A stretch of 62,977 nt of DNA, filler included, from Dirinaria sp. TL-2023a (taxonomy: Eukaryota): the NCBI GenBank assembly GCA_051941275.1. It is 5 parts of 5 records of this genome, joined end to end, with 100 filler letters (N's around TTAATTAATTAA, not from the genome) between each part and the next. Parts side by side here need not be neighbours in the genome. Positions count along the whole stretch, not along the records: positions 37,860 to 50,369 come from JAVEBF010000760.1; positions 50,470 to 62,977 come from JAVEBF010000761.1; 3 more parts are not named here. One strand, written 5' to 3'. Shown here piece after piece: positions 38,503 to 50,994 of the stretch (position 1 is its first letter; every line of letters begins with the position of its first letter). The position numbers were made by a program, and so were the translations under genes. The notes under the pieces are model-generated. The model was given only the letters and a program-made list of their open reading frames with translations. It did not search any database and had not been told where the DNA came from.

Positions 38503-40111
38503 TGTTTCGTCAACTTCCTCAGAAGTTAGAGAGATGTTGAAGGAAAATAGGAGAATGGGCCGGAGTAGGCGCAAGCGAGACGTGTCTTTAGGAATATTGA
38601 CCTGACCGCTCGTCTATATTGAGAAATCGGGTTCTGCTTCGTCCGATGTTCACGGCCTCGCTGCTGACAGGACGCCTGTTTCTTTGACGGTTATTAATAA
38701 TGGCCTGTCTAGGCTGCAAGCTAAAGTACGTAGTTGGAGGCTTCGGCTTTTTGGACGGACTAATCTCCGCAGATAGCGAATCTTGGCGCTGAGAGTCCAT
38801 TTTCGTCCTTCCTCCGCTCTGGTCTCACCTGTTCGGCTGCGTACAGTAGTAGTACACACAGCGGCTATTCATTTTGCTCGGGTTCGGCGACCATAGACCA
38901 TGTTTCTTTGACTTGATATTATTATCCCTTTTGAACTGAAGACGATCCACGTGCGATATTCTCAACTGAGGTTGGAAAAGGAAAAAGGAAAAACAGCAGA
39001 GGAAACAACCGTTTCCTGATGAGGAGAAAGAAATGCCCATCCCAGCCATTCATTCTGTCTTCGCACCAGCGACGATGAAACATACAACGAAGAAGAGCGA
39101 TGAAGATAAAAAGGCTTGAGAGATGAAGATAGTATTTTCTGGTGCAAATCAGATTCTGCCTACGTGCATGCTTTCATGCTCCTTTGCGATTCTCTCTCAT
39201 CATCGCTTCCATCCCGATGGAGCTGAACTCAGAATGTATCTTTTGAAATGCTCAAGAACTTGGTTGGTTGCTGAACCGTGTTTAGATGGCAAAAGGAATG
39301 TGAAAACTCGCAGGCATGGCTGAGTTTTCCTCGTCGGTGGTGTTCCGAAGTCCGTCTGTGTTCTCAACGTGGCTATTCATCGTCCCTTTGAAGATTCGAG
39401 CTTCTTCTTCGGCATGTGGACCATGTCCGTATGAGGGAATCAAAGCCAGACAGTTGTTCTTCAGATTCAAAGTATTGATTTCCAGCCTCTCGCGTACCTA
39501 TCCGGCCGCCATGGCGGGTTGGCGATGTGACGGTTGGCCACGGTACATTGAAGGCCACTCTTGAGAAGTCAGAAACCTGAGACCAGCGGCTCTTTATATA
39601 CTGGTACTGGTACTGCAAAGCAGAGGTCTGGGTATTGCGTCAACAGCCAAAATATGACGCCTTTCACAGTTAATTTTAGGGTTACAACCAGGGGTTACGC
39701 CGAGGCACTCCGTAAGGTGCATAAAGGTCATTTCGTACCTGACCTTAATTTTCAGGTGTACAGTAGACAGGGGTCGCCCTTGAAATTTCTTGGGAAACTC
39801 ACAAAACCTCTCAAATCAGAAGAATGATAAATGAATTCAGATATCCAAGGTATCGAAGTTTTTTTTTCCAGATCTGAATCCGATCACCTTTAGGGCTGTA
39901 GAAATTGGTCTAGAGTATCCAGTTCCTAACAGTAGTACCTTCCTAAACCTTCCGGATCTTGAAGCAAGTCCTAGCCAATCGGAAGCGAGAAGTCAAACAC
40001 CAGCAGAAGTCAGAACAGACGGAGTGTCATCCCGTAGCAGCAAGTACTTTACCTGTCAGAACAAGATGACTGGCCCAAAGTGGTACGTATAGCCAACCCT
40101 CTCTACCTGAC

Positions 40112-41053
40112 ATGACGGAACCCCAGGTATTTCGCTGGCTCCTGGATGTTCAACACCTTTGGCCTTCCCCACTAGGAGACAGCCATCGAACCGGCGCAAC
40201 CGCACAATGGGGCAATACTCATGCAGCGAAAGAAGCTCTGGACTTCTTGCCCTTGAATGAGCGCGAAAAGGCTCTGCGCTTTTTCGCTCCTCGAGATGCG
40301 AAGCTCTCCCTTGCCTCAAGTCTCCTGAAGCATCGAGCTATAGTCCGCGCCTGCCGTGTTCCCTGGTCAGCCGCCATTGTCGGTCAGGATGCGAATCGGA
40401 AACCCTGCTTTATACCATCAATCCAGGGGACACCGAAAGTGGAGTTCAACGTCTCGCATCATGGGACGCTGGTCGCCCTTGTCGGATGCGCTGGCGACAA
40501 TTGTAAACTTGGGGTGGATATTGTCCATATCGACTGGGCGAAGGACTATCCCTCCGTGCTGAAAAACGGGTTCCCTAAATGGGCTAGAATATTTGAATCG
40601 GTGTATTCGGAGCGTGAAATGAGAGACATCATTGGATATCAGACAGGGGAGAGGGAACAAGAAGCGGACATCTCCGGCAAGCTCCGCCATTTCTATGCTC
40701 ATTGGTGCTTAAAGGAAGCATACGTCAAAATGAATGGAGAAGCGCTTGTCGCGTCATGGGTCCAAGAGCTTGAGTTCAGGAATGTTAAAGTACCGCTGCC
40801 ACTAAGCCGTACACCAAGCAGCGACTGTGCAGGCTTATGGGGACAGACGTACAATGATGCCGAAATTTGGCTCCGTGGCGTTAGAGTCGCAGATGTTCAG
40901 CTTGAGCTCCAGGCATACGGCGAAGACTACTTGATCGCCACCGCGGGTTCGAGTACTGGGAATACTTTCTCGGCTTTTAAGAAATTAGACCTCTTGCAAG
41001 ACGTATACCCTACTGATAGAGATACAGATCAGGGCGAGGTTCACGCTCTCTAA
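40112..41053 (+). CDS. npgA: Sfp-type 4'-phosphopantetheinyl transferase (NpgA/Lys5)
   Basis: DAKLSLASSLLK, EFNVSHHG, LGVDIV and FYAHWCLKEAYVKMNGEAL; intronless. Confidence 0.93.
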   Translation: MTEPQVFRWLLDVQHLWPSPLGDSHRTGATAQWGNTHAAKEALDFLPLNEREKALRFFAPRDAKLSLASSLLKHRAIVRACRVPWSAAIVGQDANRKPCFIPSIQGTPKVEFNVSHHGTLVALVGCAGDNCKLGVDIVHIDWAKDYPSVLKNGFPKWARIFESVYSEREMRDIIGYQTGEREQEADISGKLRHFYAHWCLKEAYVKMNGEALVASWVQELEFRNVKVPLPLSRTPSSDCAGLWGQTYNDAEIWLRGVRVADVQLELQAYGEDYLIATAGSSTGNTFSAFKKLDLLQDVYPTDRDTDQGEVHAL

Positions 41054-41560
41054 GGGCTTTCAGAAGACATTGACAGAATCCTGACTTTTGGCCTGCTGCG
41101 GGATTTTCAACTGAAGCAGCGGTCGTACAGCTTGCCTGATGATGGTCCTCGGTAACTCCTGTAGAGCGGTACACAGGTTGTTGAGAGAACCAAGACAGGC
41201 TAGATTGTTGGCTCTACTGATTGCTGTCGTGCATTGGACTTGGAGTTTCAATAGGTAGGTAGCCATTTTGTACTTTCTGAGCTTTGTAATCTACCTCAAG
41301 GAGACTAGGTGTAGATTACCTGGCTTGAATTCTACTCTTGCAAATACCTACATGACCTTAAGTATGTGCGAAATTCGTTCATCGACTAACCTGGTCTGGT
41401 TATCGACATTATGTAGCGAAAGCCAAGCATTCATGTCCCTCCACTTGAGCAGCACCTGTTGTGCTTTGCTGTCCTCCTTACCTCCAGCCCCACGCACTTT
41501 TCAATTGCAAGACCTGATCGCATCTCTCTTCGTGCATACAGAGTGAGCTGAAGTCTCAGG

Positions 41561-44500
41561 ATGGCGACGCAAGCTCAAGCACACACATCGTGGGCTGTTG
41601 AGCTTACAGACTTTCTGCGTCAAGCTCGCTCCTCTTCTGGCGTCATTCGGTAAAGACTTCGTATTGCTGGTGCGAGTGCACACTCACGATTGAAACAGTG
41701 TCAGCGATGCCCTCATTGAAAACTTCAAAAGACTTGTCGCTGCCAAAACCACCTTCTCTAGCGGCGCGGTTGAGGATTTGGTCGGCGTGCTTGACGCTCC
41801 AAAAGAATCGAACTTGTGCAAACGGCTGCACTCAAATTCATTGCAGGTTGTGAGCGGCGTCTTTAGACTCTCCGTACCAAGTCAAGCACAACAGCGAGGC
41901 TTTTTTCTCCTCGCAGTTTGCCGTACCTGATCCACATTGCGAGTTCCTTCACTAAATTTCGACAGGAGTGCCTTCATCAAGATCATGACTCCAGTACAGC
42001 TATTGAAGCTCCGAACAAAACCGAGAAAACAGCCCTAGGAAAGCAGCATCTTGACTGGCTCATCGCGAGATTCGTAGAACCAGAGAGATCTGATCAACAA
42101 CGGAGAGCTGTAAGCCCCACGCAGTACAACAATCAGCAATTCATGCAGGTACTCATATACCCCTTTCCAGATTGGTGCCTTCGCACTCGAGCTTCTGGCC
42201 GATAGTGAAGAGAACATGGCTCGCATGAAAGAGCCAGATCAGAAGGACAGACTGTATGTGGATTCACTCACGCTTTCAGCTTCGAGCCTAACATATTTAG
42301 CCTTGCGCTTGGCCGTATGGTTCACGCTGAGAAGTCGGAGATCCTCAGGCTCATTGCTGGCTCGATCATCCGTGAAATGCTCTCGTTCGGTCTCACGGAT
42401 CAGCAATTTTGGTCACCTCGAGAGATGTCGCAGAGGGCACGCGGATTCCCAAGGCAGCCCCATACATCTCAATGGGTATATGATTTCGAAGAGTTTGCCG
42501 ACGATCAAAGGTCTTTAAATGACGGGTCAGCAGCCTTCCAGCGAGTGGTTCTTAAAGCTAAGCTTTTTCTTAGGAAGGAAGTAGTCGTCTTTGCGGCCGC
42601 GGCTATAGTGGGAGAAACAGTCTATACTATCAAAGGGGTGTCCGCAATACTAGTTGCAATTGGTACAGGATTAAGCTTCGCAATGTTTTCAGCCGATGTA
42701 GATCCGCCGCTTTTTTTCGACATAAGGATCCAGAACGTGAGAAGCATTGAGCATGTGGATTCGCATTCTCAACCCCTATCGCAAATTAGGCTCTCTCAGA
42801 GACCTCGTGCATTCTGCCTTCTCATGCAGTTCACCAAGTTCGAAGGAAGCAACTACTATATCAATGCCAAAGCTGGTCTGGAAGACTCGATTATGCTTGT
42901 CTACGACCATCCTGACGACGCCAAAATAGTAGCTGACGCGCTATCGAAGCGTTGGGCCGAGATACATGGCCGGCCGTTAGAGAACATGGCTACGGAGCAG
43001 CTTCAGAATGTCCAAGCTGAGCCGGATTCGCAGCCTCTGAACCTTTCTAAAAGTTTAGTGCGGCGGTCAGACTTTGCAAGGGATGAAGATGAGAATTTGG
43101 TTGAGTTAGAATCCGATCTAATTTATGCTGGACGAGCAAATTTCGAGGACAATGTGTTGGATACTTCCAAAACTAGATACGATTTCCATGGGGATGCTGC
43201 CGTTGCTGCGTCAAGGACTTTTTCTGAAGTAAAACAAGGCAACAGTGAGACAGTCATGGACAAATCATGTGATTTACAAGAAAACAATGTTGGGACTAAC
43301 ATTGATGGTCAGAGTGGACGCGCCGTTAGCGGACACGCGCGTGCTTCGTTCCCATTTCTTGATGACCAAAGACTAGCCGTCGACATGGAACTCCAAGTCC
43401 CACCCCAATCTCGTCCTGAAGGATCAACACTTATGGACAAGTCAGCAGTTATCCAGAGGCCCACAGATCCAGCACCAACTAGCACGGACTCAGCCGGCGA
43501 CACTGAGAGCAACATGCAGACTGATCAGAGGTCTACTCAGCATAACACTTTTGACGATCTTTACGGTGCAACTCCTAGTCCGCAGCTTGATAGATCTTCC
43601 CACCTTCGCCAACAATCAGAAACGCCTGTATACAGACCAGCAGTCACGGAGGACATAGTATCCAAAGACAAAGCGCCTAAGCGTACGAAGTTGAGCCATC
43701 AGATGCGCGACCACAATGGTCAGACCATTTCCCACCTTGAAGAGATGTCCGGACAGAGTGTGGCAAAGGGGTCTCGAAAAGATAAGGATGTCTTATTACC
43801 GCCCGCTCACGAAGCAAGCTCCTCTGCCTTAGCTATGTCGCCCTCTGGCAGCAAAAAATCCACACGGAAAGCCATGATTCGGGTACATAAATCACCGGAG
43901 CCATCCTTGCAGCAGCCTAAGAAGGACCCAAACGCGGCTCATGCTCATCTATCACAAAAAGGTAAGCCATTACAGCCGCTACAACAACCTGTCGTCACCG
44001 CCAAATCAGGAAAGTCGAAGACTGCAGGAAAGCAGAGGTTGCCTTCGAACCCTCTTAGCGCAACTACCCAAGCTTCAGCTTCGAAGAATAGAGATGGTAG
44101 TCTTAGTGTATCATATCCAGGGTCCAATACTAGCTTGAGAAATGTACCGGATTCTTCGGTTAATTGGGAAGAGGCTTATGAACCTCAGAGAGACGAAAAT
44201 GATGCTGCGAAAAGAAAGGCTGCGAAGCCTACTAGGGGACGAAAGCCAGCAGCAAACCAGAAGAAAAGTAGGACTCGCCCATGGTCACCTCGCCCATCGA
44301 AGGGTAAAGCGTCGGCCATTTCATTGAACAACCAAAGGTCAAGAAGGACTGCAGCGGTCAAAGCCAATAGAGCTATCCAAGGCATCGCTGACGACGAGTC
44401 TCCCAAGGCTACCGAGTCTTCGTCTCCTAAGACACCAGAGGCTGATTCACTCACAAAGGCTTCTACAATGGCTTTTGAGAACCGTGATCTTCCGATTGCC

Positions 44501-47177
44501 ATAGCGCCGATGGTTCCTGCCGGAAAAGCATCAAACAACTTGAAGGTCCCTGCTGCCGCACCGTCTCAGATTCTTTCATGCAACAATACTACATCCCAAC
44601 AGGGGCTTTCGACTAGTGAGATAACCGCTCAGCCAGCCAAAGCTACGATACCCCAGAAAAGTCTACCTGCCACTACACTCTCGGCACATCCTCCATCGAA
44701 AGCGCTCATATCTCCATCCCCGCACAGGCGTGTGAACTCTGCTTCTGACGAAAGCTCCTCAATGCAGAAGCGTGACGCAGTTAAGGATTGTGAAGCTGCG
44801 CGAAGAGAAGCTCCCAGCGGAGATATACATCCAGGCATGCCAGCTTCAATTAATCTTCTCGAGAATACAGCCTCCATTGGCATCAACCAGTCGATTGATG
44901 GAATAATAGGCGAACAGATGAATGCTTCGGGTAATACAACCTCTAAGTTATCGAAGGCCACTTCCCGTGAAATTCTGCCTCGTGGGAAACATCATTTACC
45001 GCATCAGTTTCCTATGATGGAAGTGGAATTAAAGCAAACGAGGCCCGCGATCTCTACCGAGCTCGGCCTTCCTCCGCCTAGAAGCCTGCAAAAAAGCCCT
45101 CAAGCCAAGGGCAGCTTGTCTGAGGACAGCAAAATGGCTATCGAATCTGTGAACGAACCCGCAAGAATGCTAACACGCGCCGAAAATTATACAGAAGCTG
45201 AGAGTCATCAGCAAATGGTGACAGAAATAGAGCAGCCTTTCTTTAATGACGCCATGGAGTTCGTTGATGAGCCTGACAGAGCTGTTGCGGTTGATACTTT
45301 GCAAACTCCTGTGCAGAACGAGGTGCGGTGGCCCTCGCTAGAGGATAATCATCCTCTGGTCGATGTGAAAAGCGATCATCCGAAGGTGACGGATAGGGCG
45401 ACAGAAAAGCGAGCGCCAGTATCTAGGCTACTTACTGCACCCAAATTGCAGAGTGCTCTTTCAGGGATTCCTCATCTCCAATCCGTCCAAAGCGAGCAGA
45501 TTGCCGCAACTAACTTTGGAGCTCGCCTATCACAAGGCAAATCTATAGACCAAGGAAGAAAGCGACACAAAGTAGCTCGAGAGTGGCCTACGGACAAAGT
45601 TGAACCTGGTCCTCGAGCTGGTCAGAAGCGGCGGCAAGACCAACCAGATGGAAAAAGAATCAAGAAAAGCAGGATCACAGAGGAGGAAGGAACGCACAGC
45701 GCCCGCAAAGAACAACTTGACGGCCAACATAGCAGCACTTCTGATATCCCTGGCAGCCACCGGAAACTCAACGTTCACCGAAAGCCTAACATCGTCCACT
45801 TTGATTGTGCAGGACCGGCAAATCAGGGTTCCAGCGCTATGAAGAAGCGTAAAAGGCCTCTCGCACAGGATACCTCCAACGCCGATAGTATACAATTGAT
45901 GATTGATCAAGAAGGTGAAACCTGGCCTGATCAGAGCAGGATTAGTCCGAAGAAGAACGGGCCCACACCGCCAAAGAAGCGCCAGAAAGTCGAAGCTGTC
46001 AAACCCTCGGGTAGTGCGGTCAAAAAGCCCGTCCCTAACGCGGCCAAGCCTCCCAAAGTGAAGTGGGTAGAGCGATCGCAGGTTGCGAGTTCGCAAACTT
46101 CACGAGTTGACGAGTTTGGCAGCCCCAGGCCGCTTCACGATGTTGGCAATGCAGTCAAAGCACTTCCAAAGGCACTGCTTCAGGATAGTGACATATTGCT
46201 TGAACCATTAGAGGTCTTGGAAGCTGACGACGATTTTGAGCCGTCTTACCCAGAGGGCTTCGACCTAGCTCGACAAACTGGGCAAGATCTGAGTGAATAT
46301 CGCCCAATGACAGGATCGAGCGTTGCGGTTTCAGTCAACAGCAAGCACCGTCCAAGTTCACCACTCGCGCCATCGAATCTAGTTGCAGGCCTGACTGCGC
46401 ATGAACAAAAGCCAAGTGGTCAATTAGTCGACATCCACACCGCAAAAGTGATAGAACCGCAGAAGCCTCAGGATCCTTTCTTGGAAACAGCCCGCGAGCG
46501 CCCGAATGCCTTCCTGGAAAGACTGAAAAGGGCTAGTGAGATGCGGACGGACGAGGGACAGACCCGCGGCAATGATCAGATCCGTTCTTCGCACCATGGT
46601 ATCCAACATGATGACCCAGAGAAAACTTTGGTTGATGAAAGTGCGTTTCCGGACAAAGACGTGTCAGGTACCGTTTCTGGAAACAGTTCGGATTCTGGGA
46701 GCTCCTCTTCAACAATTCACGAGCCATCTAACGATGGAGATACCAATGGAATCTTAGCCTGGCGGAAGGCGCTAGAGCCGCACGAACAAAACATGCTGAA
46801 AGTGCTCGATCGAATTGGTAGAGTAGGTAAACCCCGGATTAACTGCGCCAATGCTAATGAGCTTGTAGCGTATCATAAACACCTTGGGTGACAGAGAAAG
46901 CAGACTTCAAGGCCTTGTAGAAGAGTACCAACGGGAGGGTTCGTTGATCCTAGATGAATTTTCGGAATCATGTATGAAAGAGTACGCAGATCGCAAGGCC
47001 AAAGGAGAATCGACGAAAATGGAGCTGGCAGACTCTTTGCAGCAAGCCCAGAAGGAGTTGAGCGGCAAAGTAGAGAAGTTCAAGAAGGAGATGGCAGGGC
47101 TTAGAACCGAACGGGAGACGAGACAGGGGAAGGCCGATGCTGGTGTCGAAAGACTTCTCTCCATGTGCGAGGAGTAA
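41561..47177 (+). CDS. ~1787-aa protein: helical + PH-like N-terminus, long disordered middle, C-terminal coiled coil (candidate Red1/Rec10/SYCP2-like meiotic axis protein)
   Basis: Exons 41561-41649, 41699-41915, 41966-42109, 42171-42253, 42301-46822 and 46869-47177 join in frame (5364 nt). The gene is well supported; the family call is inferred from architecture only. Confidence 0.7.
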
Positions 47178-48460
47178 TTTCCGGCTTGCTTCCGAGCTTT
47201 GACCCTGAGTATGGTTTACGGTTGCCAGCTATCGGCGTGCTGGAAGCTAGAAGAGCTATTTGCAGAGTTTTGTGCTTTTGCTCCAGCTTCTTGAGGAGAT
47301 CATATCGATAGTAGATGACATAGGGGCGCATCCCCTTAAAACGTACATAGATACTTATGTAAGATTATCATATTGAAATTGGTGAACCCAATCTGAATGG
47401 GCAATAGCAATCTTCTAGACTCAGATTCTGAACCCGTTAAAGGATATTGTGGACCTTCGTCGCCCTTAGACAGATCTAGAAAAGTGATCTGTCATGGGAA
47501 CCCAAAGCAGAGCTGGGTCTCCGATAACCTCACGTCACTCAATCCGCCGCAGCCACAGGTCCTTCGCCCCCCGGAATCAGCTGGGCGAGCATTATTAGCC
47601 GGGAACCACTATAGCACGATACATAGCAAAAGGCATCGAACCATGCATATATTATTCCCATTCAGCAAGATCTTGGGTAGGGACGTGTTCGATCCACTGT
47701 AATCACTGTAACAATGGAACACCAGAATCAGCCAATCTGCACGATTTTATTCTCTCTCGAATCGGAAACTTTATGGAGGAATTCATCACATACAATTCGG
47801 TCACATCCTCTAGGACCATATCTAAACGCATAAGTTAGTGAAATTGATATTCGGGGTTTCACTGAAGGTCAGGGTCAGAGGTAGGTACTTACTGACATAG
47901 TCGTCGAATCCTAGGAGTGTCCCTACGAATTCTATGATGCTAGTTAGTCTATTTTCATAAAATGTGAGGGAATTTTTTTTTTTAATTTTTGGTGAGAGAC
48001 GGACCTTTATCTCCTTTCATCACGACCCATATCCGAGAACCCACGCACTTGTCAATCAGCTCTGGGCCAGAGGATTAGGTCTGGGCAACGGATGTGATTG
48101 AGTGGACTCACCCAGCGGGAGCAGCTGCGATGTCATTGCGGTGTACTGGAAGTGGAGATCCTAGATTTATGGAGGATTTCCTTTCTCCAAGTACATTGTT
48201 GGAATATTCAGCCCTTCTCTCACTACTACGACCTCAGGATGAGCAAAGAGCAATTGCTTGGCACTGGTGGGAGCTAAAGTGGCGCCGACGGAAACAGCCG
48301 CCGATGTTGCCGATGGATAGTCCGAGGCTCCTCCGCCATTCGATTCTCCGGATCCGTCGTCTCTTAAGACATGCTGCGGTGCAGTAGCAATTCATACAAA
48401 GCAGCCTTCTCACTGTCATGCCATGATTGGCCGAAGTGGCCATGGGAATAACCAAGGGCC

Positions 48461-50369
48461 ATGCAATCTCACCGCAGGCTGGTCATGACAATCACTCGTG
48501 CTGGTCCATGCGGTCCTGCACTGATCATGTCCACAGTCAGCATTGCCCAATACGATGATAGGAACTTCGAAGATGGCGTGTCTGATGCCGCCTCTGCTAG
48601 GTATGGCTTTCTATCCTATCGTAGCGCGCTGCTGATGCCCAATCAGCTTACCCTGTATACGTCCATCTGTCGATCGACGATGGAGGGCATCTCAAGGCAT
48701 AAACTTTAGCGCGTTGTCCAAGAATCAGACGTGGAGGCCGTCGCAAGGCATCTCTCTCTCTCCCTCTACCAGGCAACCCTCTTCCGGGTATTCAACAAGA
48801 TCCTGCTCCGCACATAGTGATCGACCTCCTATTGCATCGCCCGGAACTCAGAGTCAAGCTCTCCCACCACCATCGCGGTTTCGCCCGCAAGAAGGCGTCC
48901 GAGTCGCGCGTTCCCCTCATCCTCGTCACGAACCAAGATCCCCACAGTTGTCAGAGTCGGAGGGGTTCTCATCGGGAGCTGAATGGGGAGAGCGCCAGCC
49001 CATGCACAAAGAGAAAGGATTCAGTGAGCTTCTGGAGGGAGTCAGCAATGGAGAAGAAAGCGATGCGGAGAAAACTCGGAGTCCACAGCGGAAGTTAAAG
49101 GAATTTACAAGCTACGATGGGGATCTTCAGGATTCAGATGTCACTTACTCTTCCACTGTAGATGCTGGTGCCATTAAGTCTTGCCCAACCAAAAGGTGCG
49201 CTTCACAGTGCACGCCCTCGGCTATGTTTCGTGCCGAGGACTCGCACCAAAAACCTAGGGAATTGGACAACGCGCATGCCCGTATGTGTATTGGTGATGA
49301 AGTCGATATCTCTTCGGCATCAATGGGACAACAACATCATACAGTCAACGCCGAAAAGCTGAAGTTGTCATCATCTGAAAACTCCGTGTCAACCCATCGG
49401 GGTCGCGGCCCTGCTGGCTTCCATATCCCAGATGCACTACTTTATGACACGAGCGACCAGCAAACGGATCTAATGCGCTGGAGTTACGGCTTGTACAGGG
49501 GCCCCAATGGAGAAAGAGTAAAGGTCCATTATTGCAAGACTCGAACCGATACGGAACGGATCGCAAGACTCTTTCTGGATGAAGAGGTACTGGGTTTCGA
49601 CATTGAGTGGAAGCCTAGCTCTTCTGCTTGCCAAGGAATCAAGAAGAACGTCTCTCTGATCCAAATCGCGTGTGAGACACGCATCGCGTTGTTCCATATT
49701 GCTCGATTTTGGGGCGAGGATTCGGTGGAGAACCTCGTTGCGCCAACATTCAAGGAACTTATGGAGTCACGGCGTATTACCAAGGTCGGCGTCGCCATCA
49801 AAGGCGACTGTACTCGGCTCCGCCGCTTCATGGGCATCCACTCCCGTGGATTGTTCGAGCTCAGCCACTTGTACAAGCTGGTCAAGTATTCCGCCACGGA
49901 CGCAAGCAGCGTCGATAGAAAGATGGTGAGACTTGCCACACAGGTTGAAGAACACCTCGGTCTACCTTTGTGGAAAGGTGCCAACGTCCGAAGGAGTGAC
50001 TGGTCCGAGGCGGAATTGGACTACGAGCAAGTGCAATACGCGGCGTCAGACTCCTACGCCGGCCTCCAGCTCTACTACACTCTGGAGGCAAAGCGCAAAA
50101 GCTTGAACCCCGTCCCACCTCGGCCGTACCACGCAGAAACGAACCTCCCAATCCGGCTCTTTAGCGGGCGAGCGATCTACACCGCCGACGACGAGCAGTC
50201 GTCTGCTGGTGTTGACAACGATCCTTCACCGACCACCACCCTCAAAGACCTAGCATGCAACTTACTCTCCCTCAATATCGGAAACACCAACCCCACCACC
50301 GCTTCTCCAAAACCCTATGCGCAGCGCCCCCTCAATCCAGAACACACATCAACCCCCCAACCCACACCC
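48461..50369 (+). CDS. DEDDy 3'-5' exonuclease (WRN-exo/EXD2-like), 3' truncated
   Basis: LGFDIEWKP (ExoI), KVGVAIKGD (ExoII), RRSDWS...YAASDSY (ExoIII). Start uncertain; intron 48601-48709 inferred. Confidence 0.85.
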
Positions 50370-50469
50370 NNNNNNNNNNNNNNNNNNNNNNNNNNNNNNN
50401 NNNNNNNNNNNNNTTAATTAATTAANNNNNNNNNNNNNNNNNNNNNNNNNNNNNNNNNNNNNNNNNNNN
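50370..50469. other. Artificial contig linker
   Basis: N44-TTAATTAATTAA-N44. Confidence 0.99.
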
Positions 50470-50994
50470 GACTCTCCCTTTTTTCTTTCTAGCAATAACA
50501 ACAACGATAAAGGTTTGAAATACCGTGTTTCTGTTTTTAAGAGGGGATATAGATATGTATTGCTTAATGAATGGGAGAATGTGTATGTATATCAAAAGGA
50601 GAAATAAAAAAGCGGGAGAAGCTAGAATATAGGTAAGACCCCCCGGCCCGGGCCAGGTGGTGGTGGTGGGCCCGGGCGGGGGTTATTTCTTTGAGAACGC
50701 GCGTAGGGAGAGGGATAGGAGGATGGTTTTAAGAAAAAAAAAATTTTCTTTTGGGAACCGGATATGGATAGATATGAAACAAACCACGGCATGAAAAATT
50801 TTTTCTTTGATAGATAGATACAGTAGATATTTGAAGAGAGATTGGGGGAAGATGGGTAGACTCACTGCCCTAGAATTTCTGGGCTCTGAAATGGGGCTCA
50901 ATTATTATGAGTATTGCTATTATTATTATCTCCAAAACCACGGAACCTCTGTATGAGCGCGATTTACTCTGAAAGTGTTTTGAATCAACTTGAA

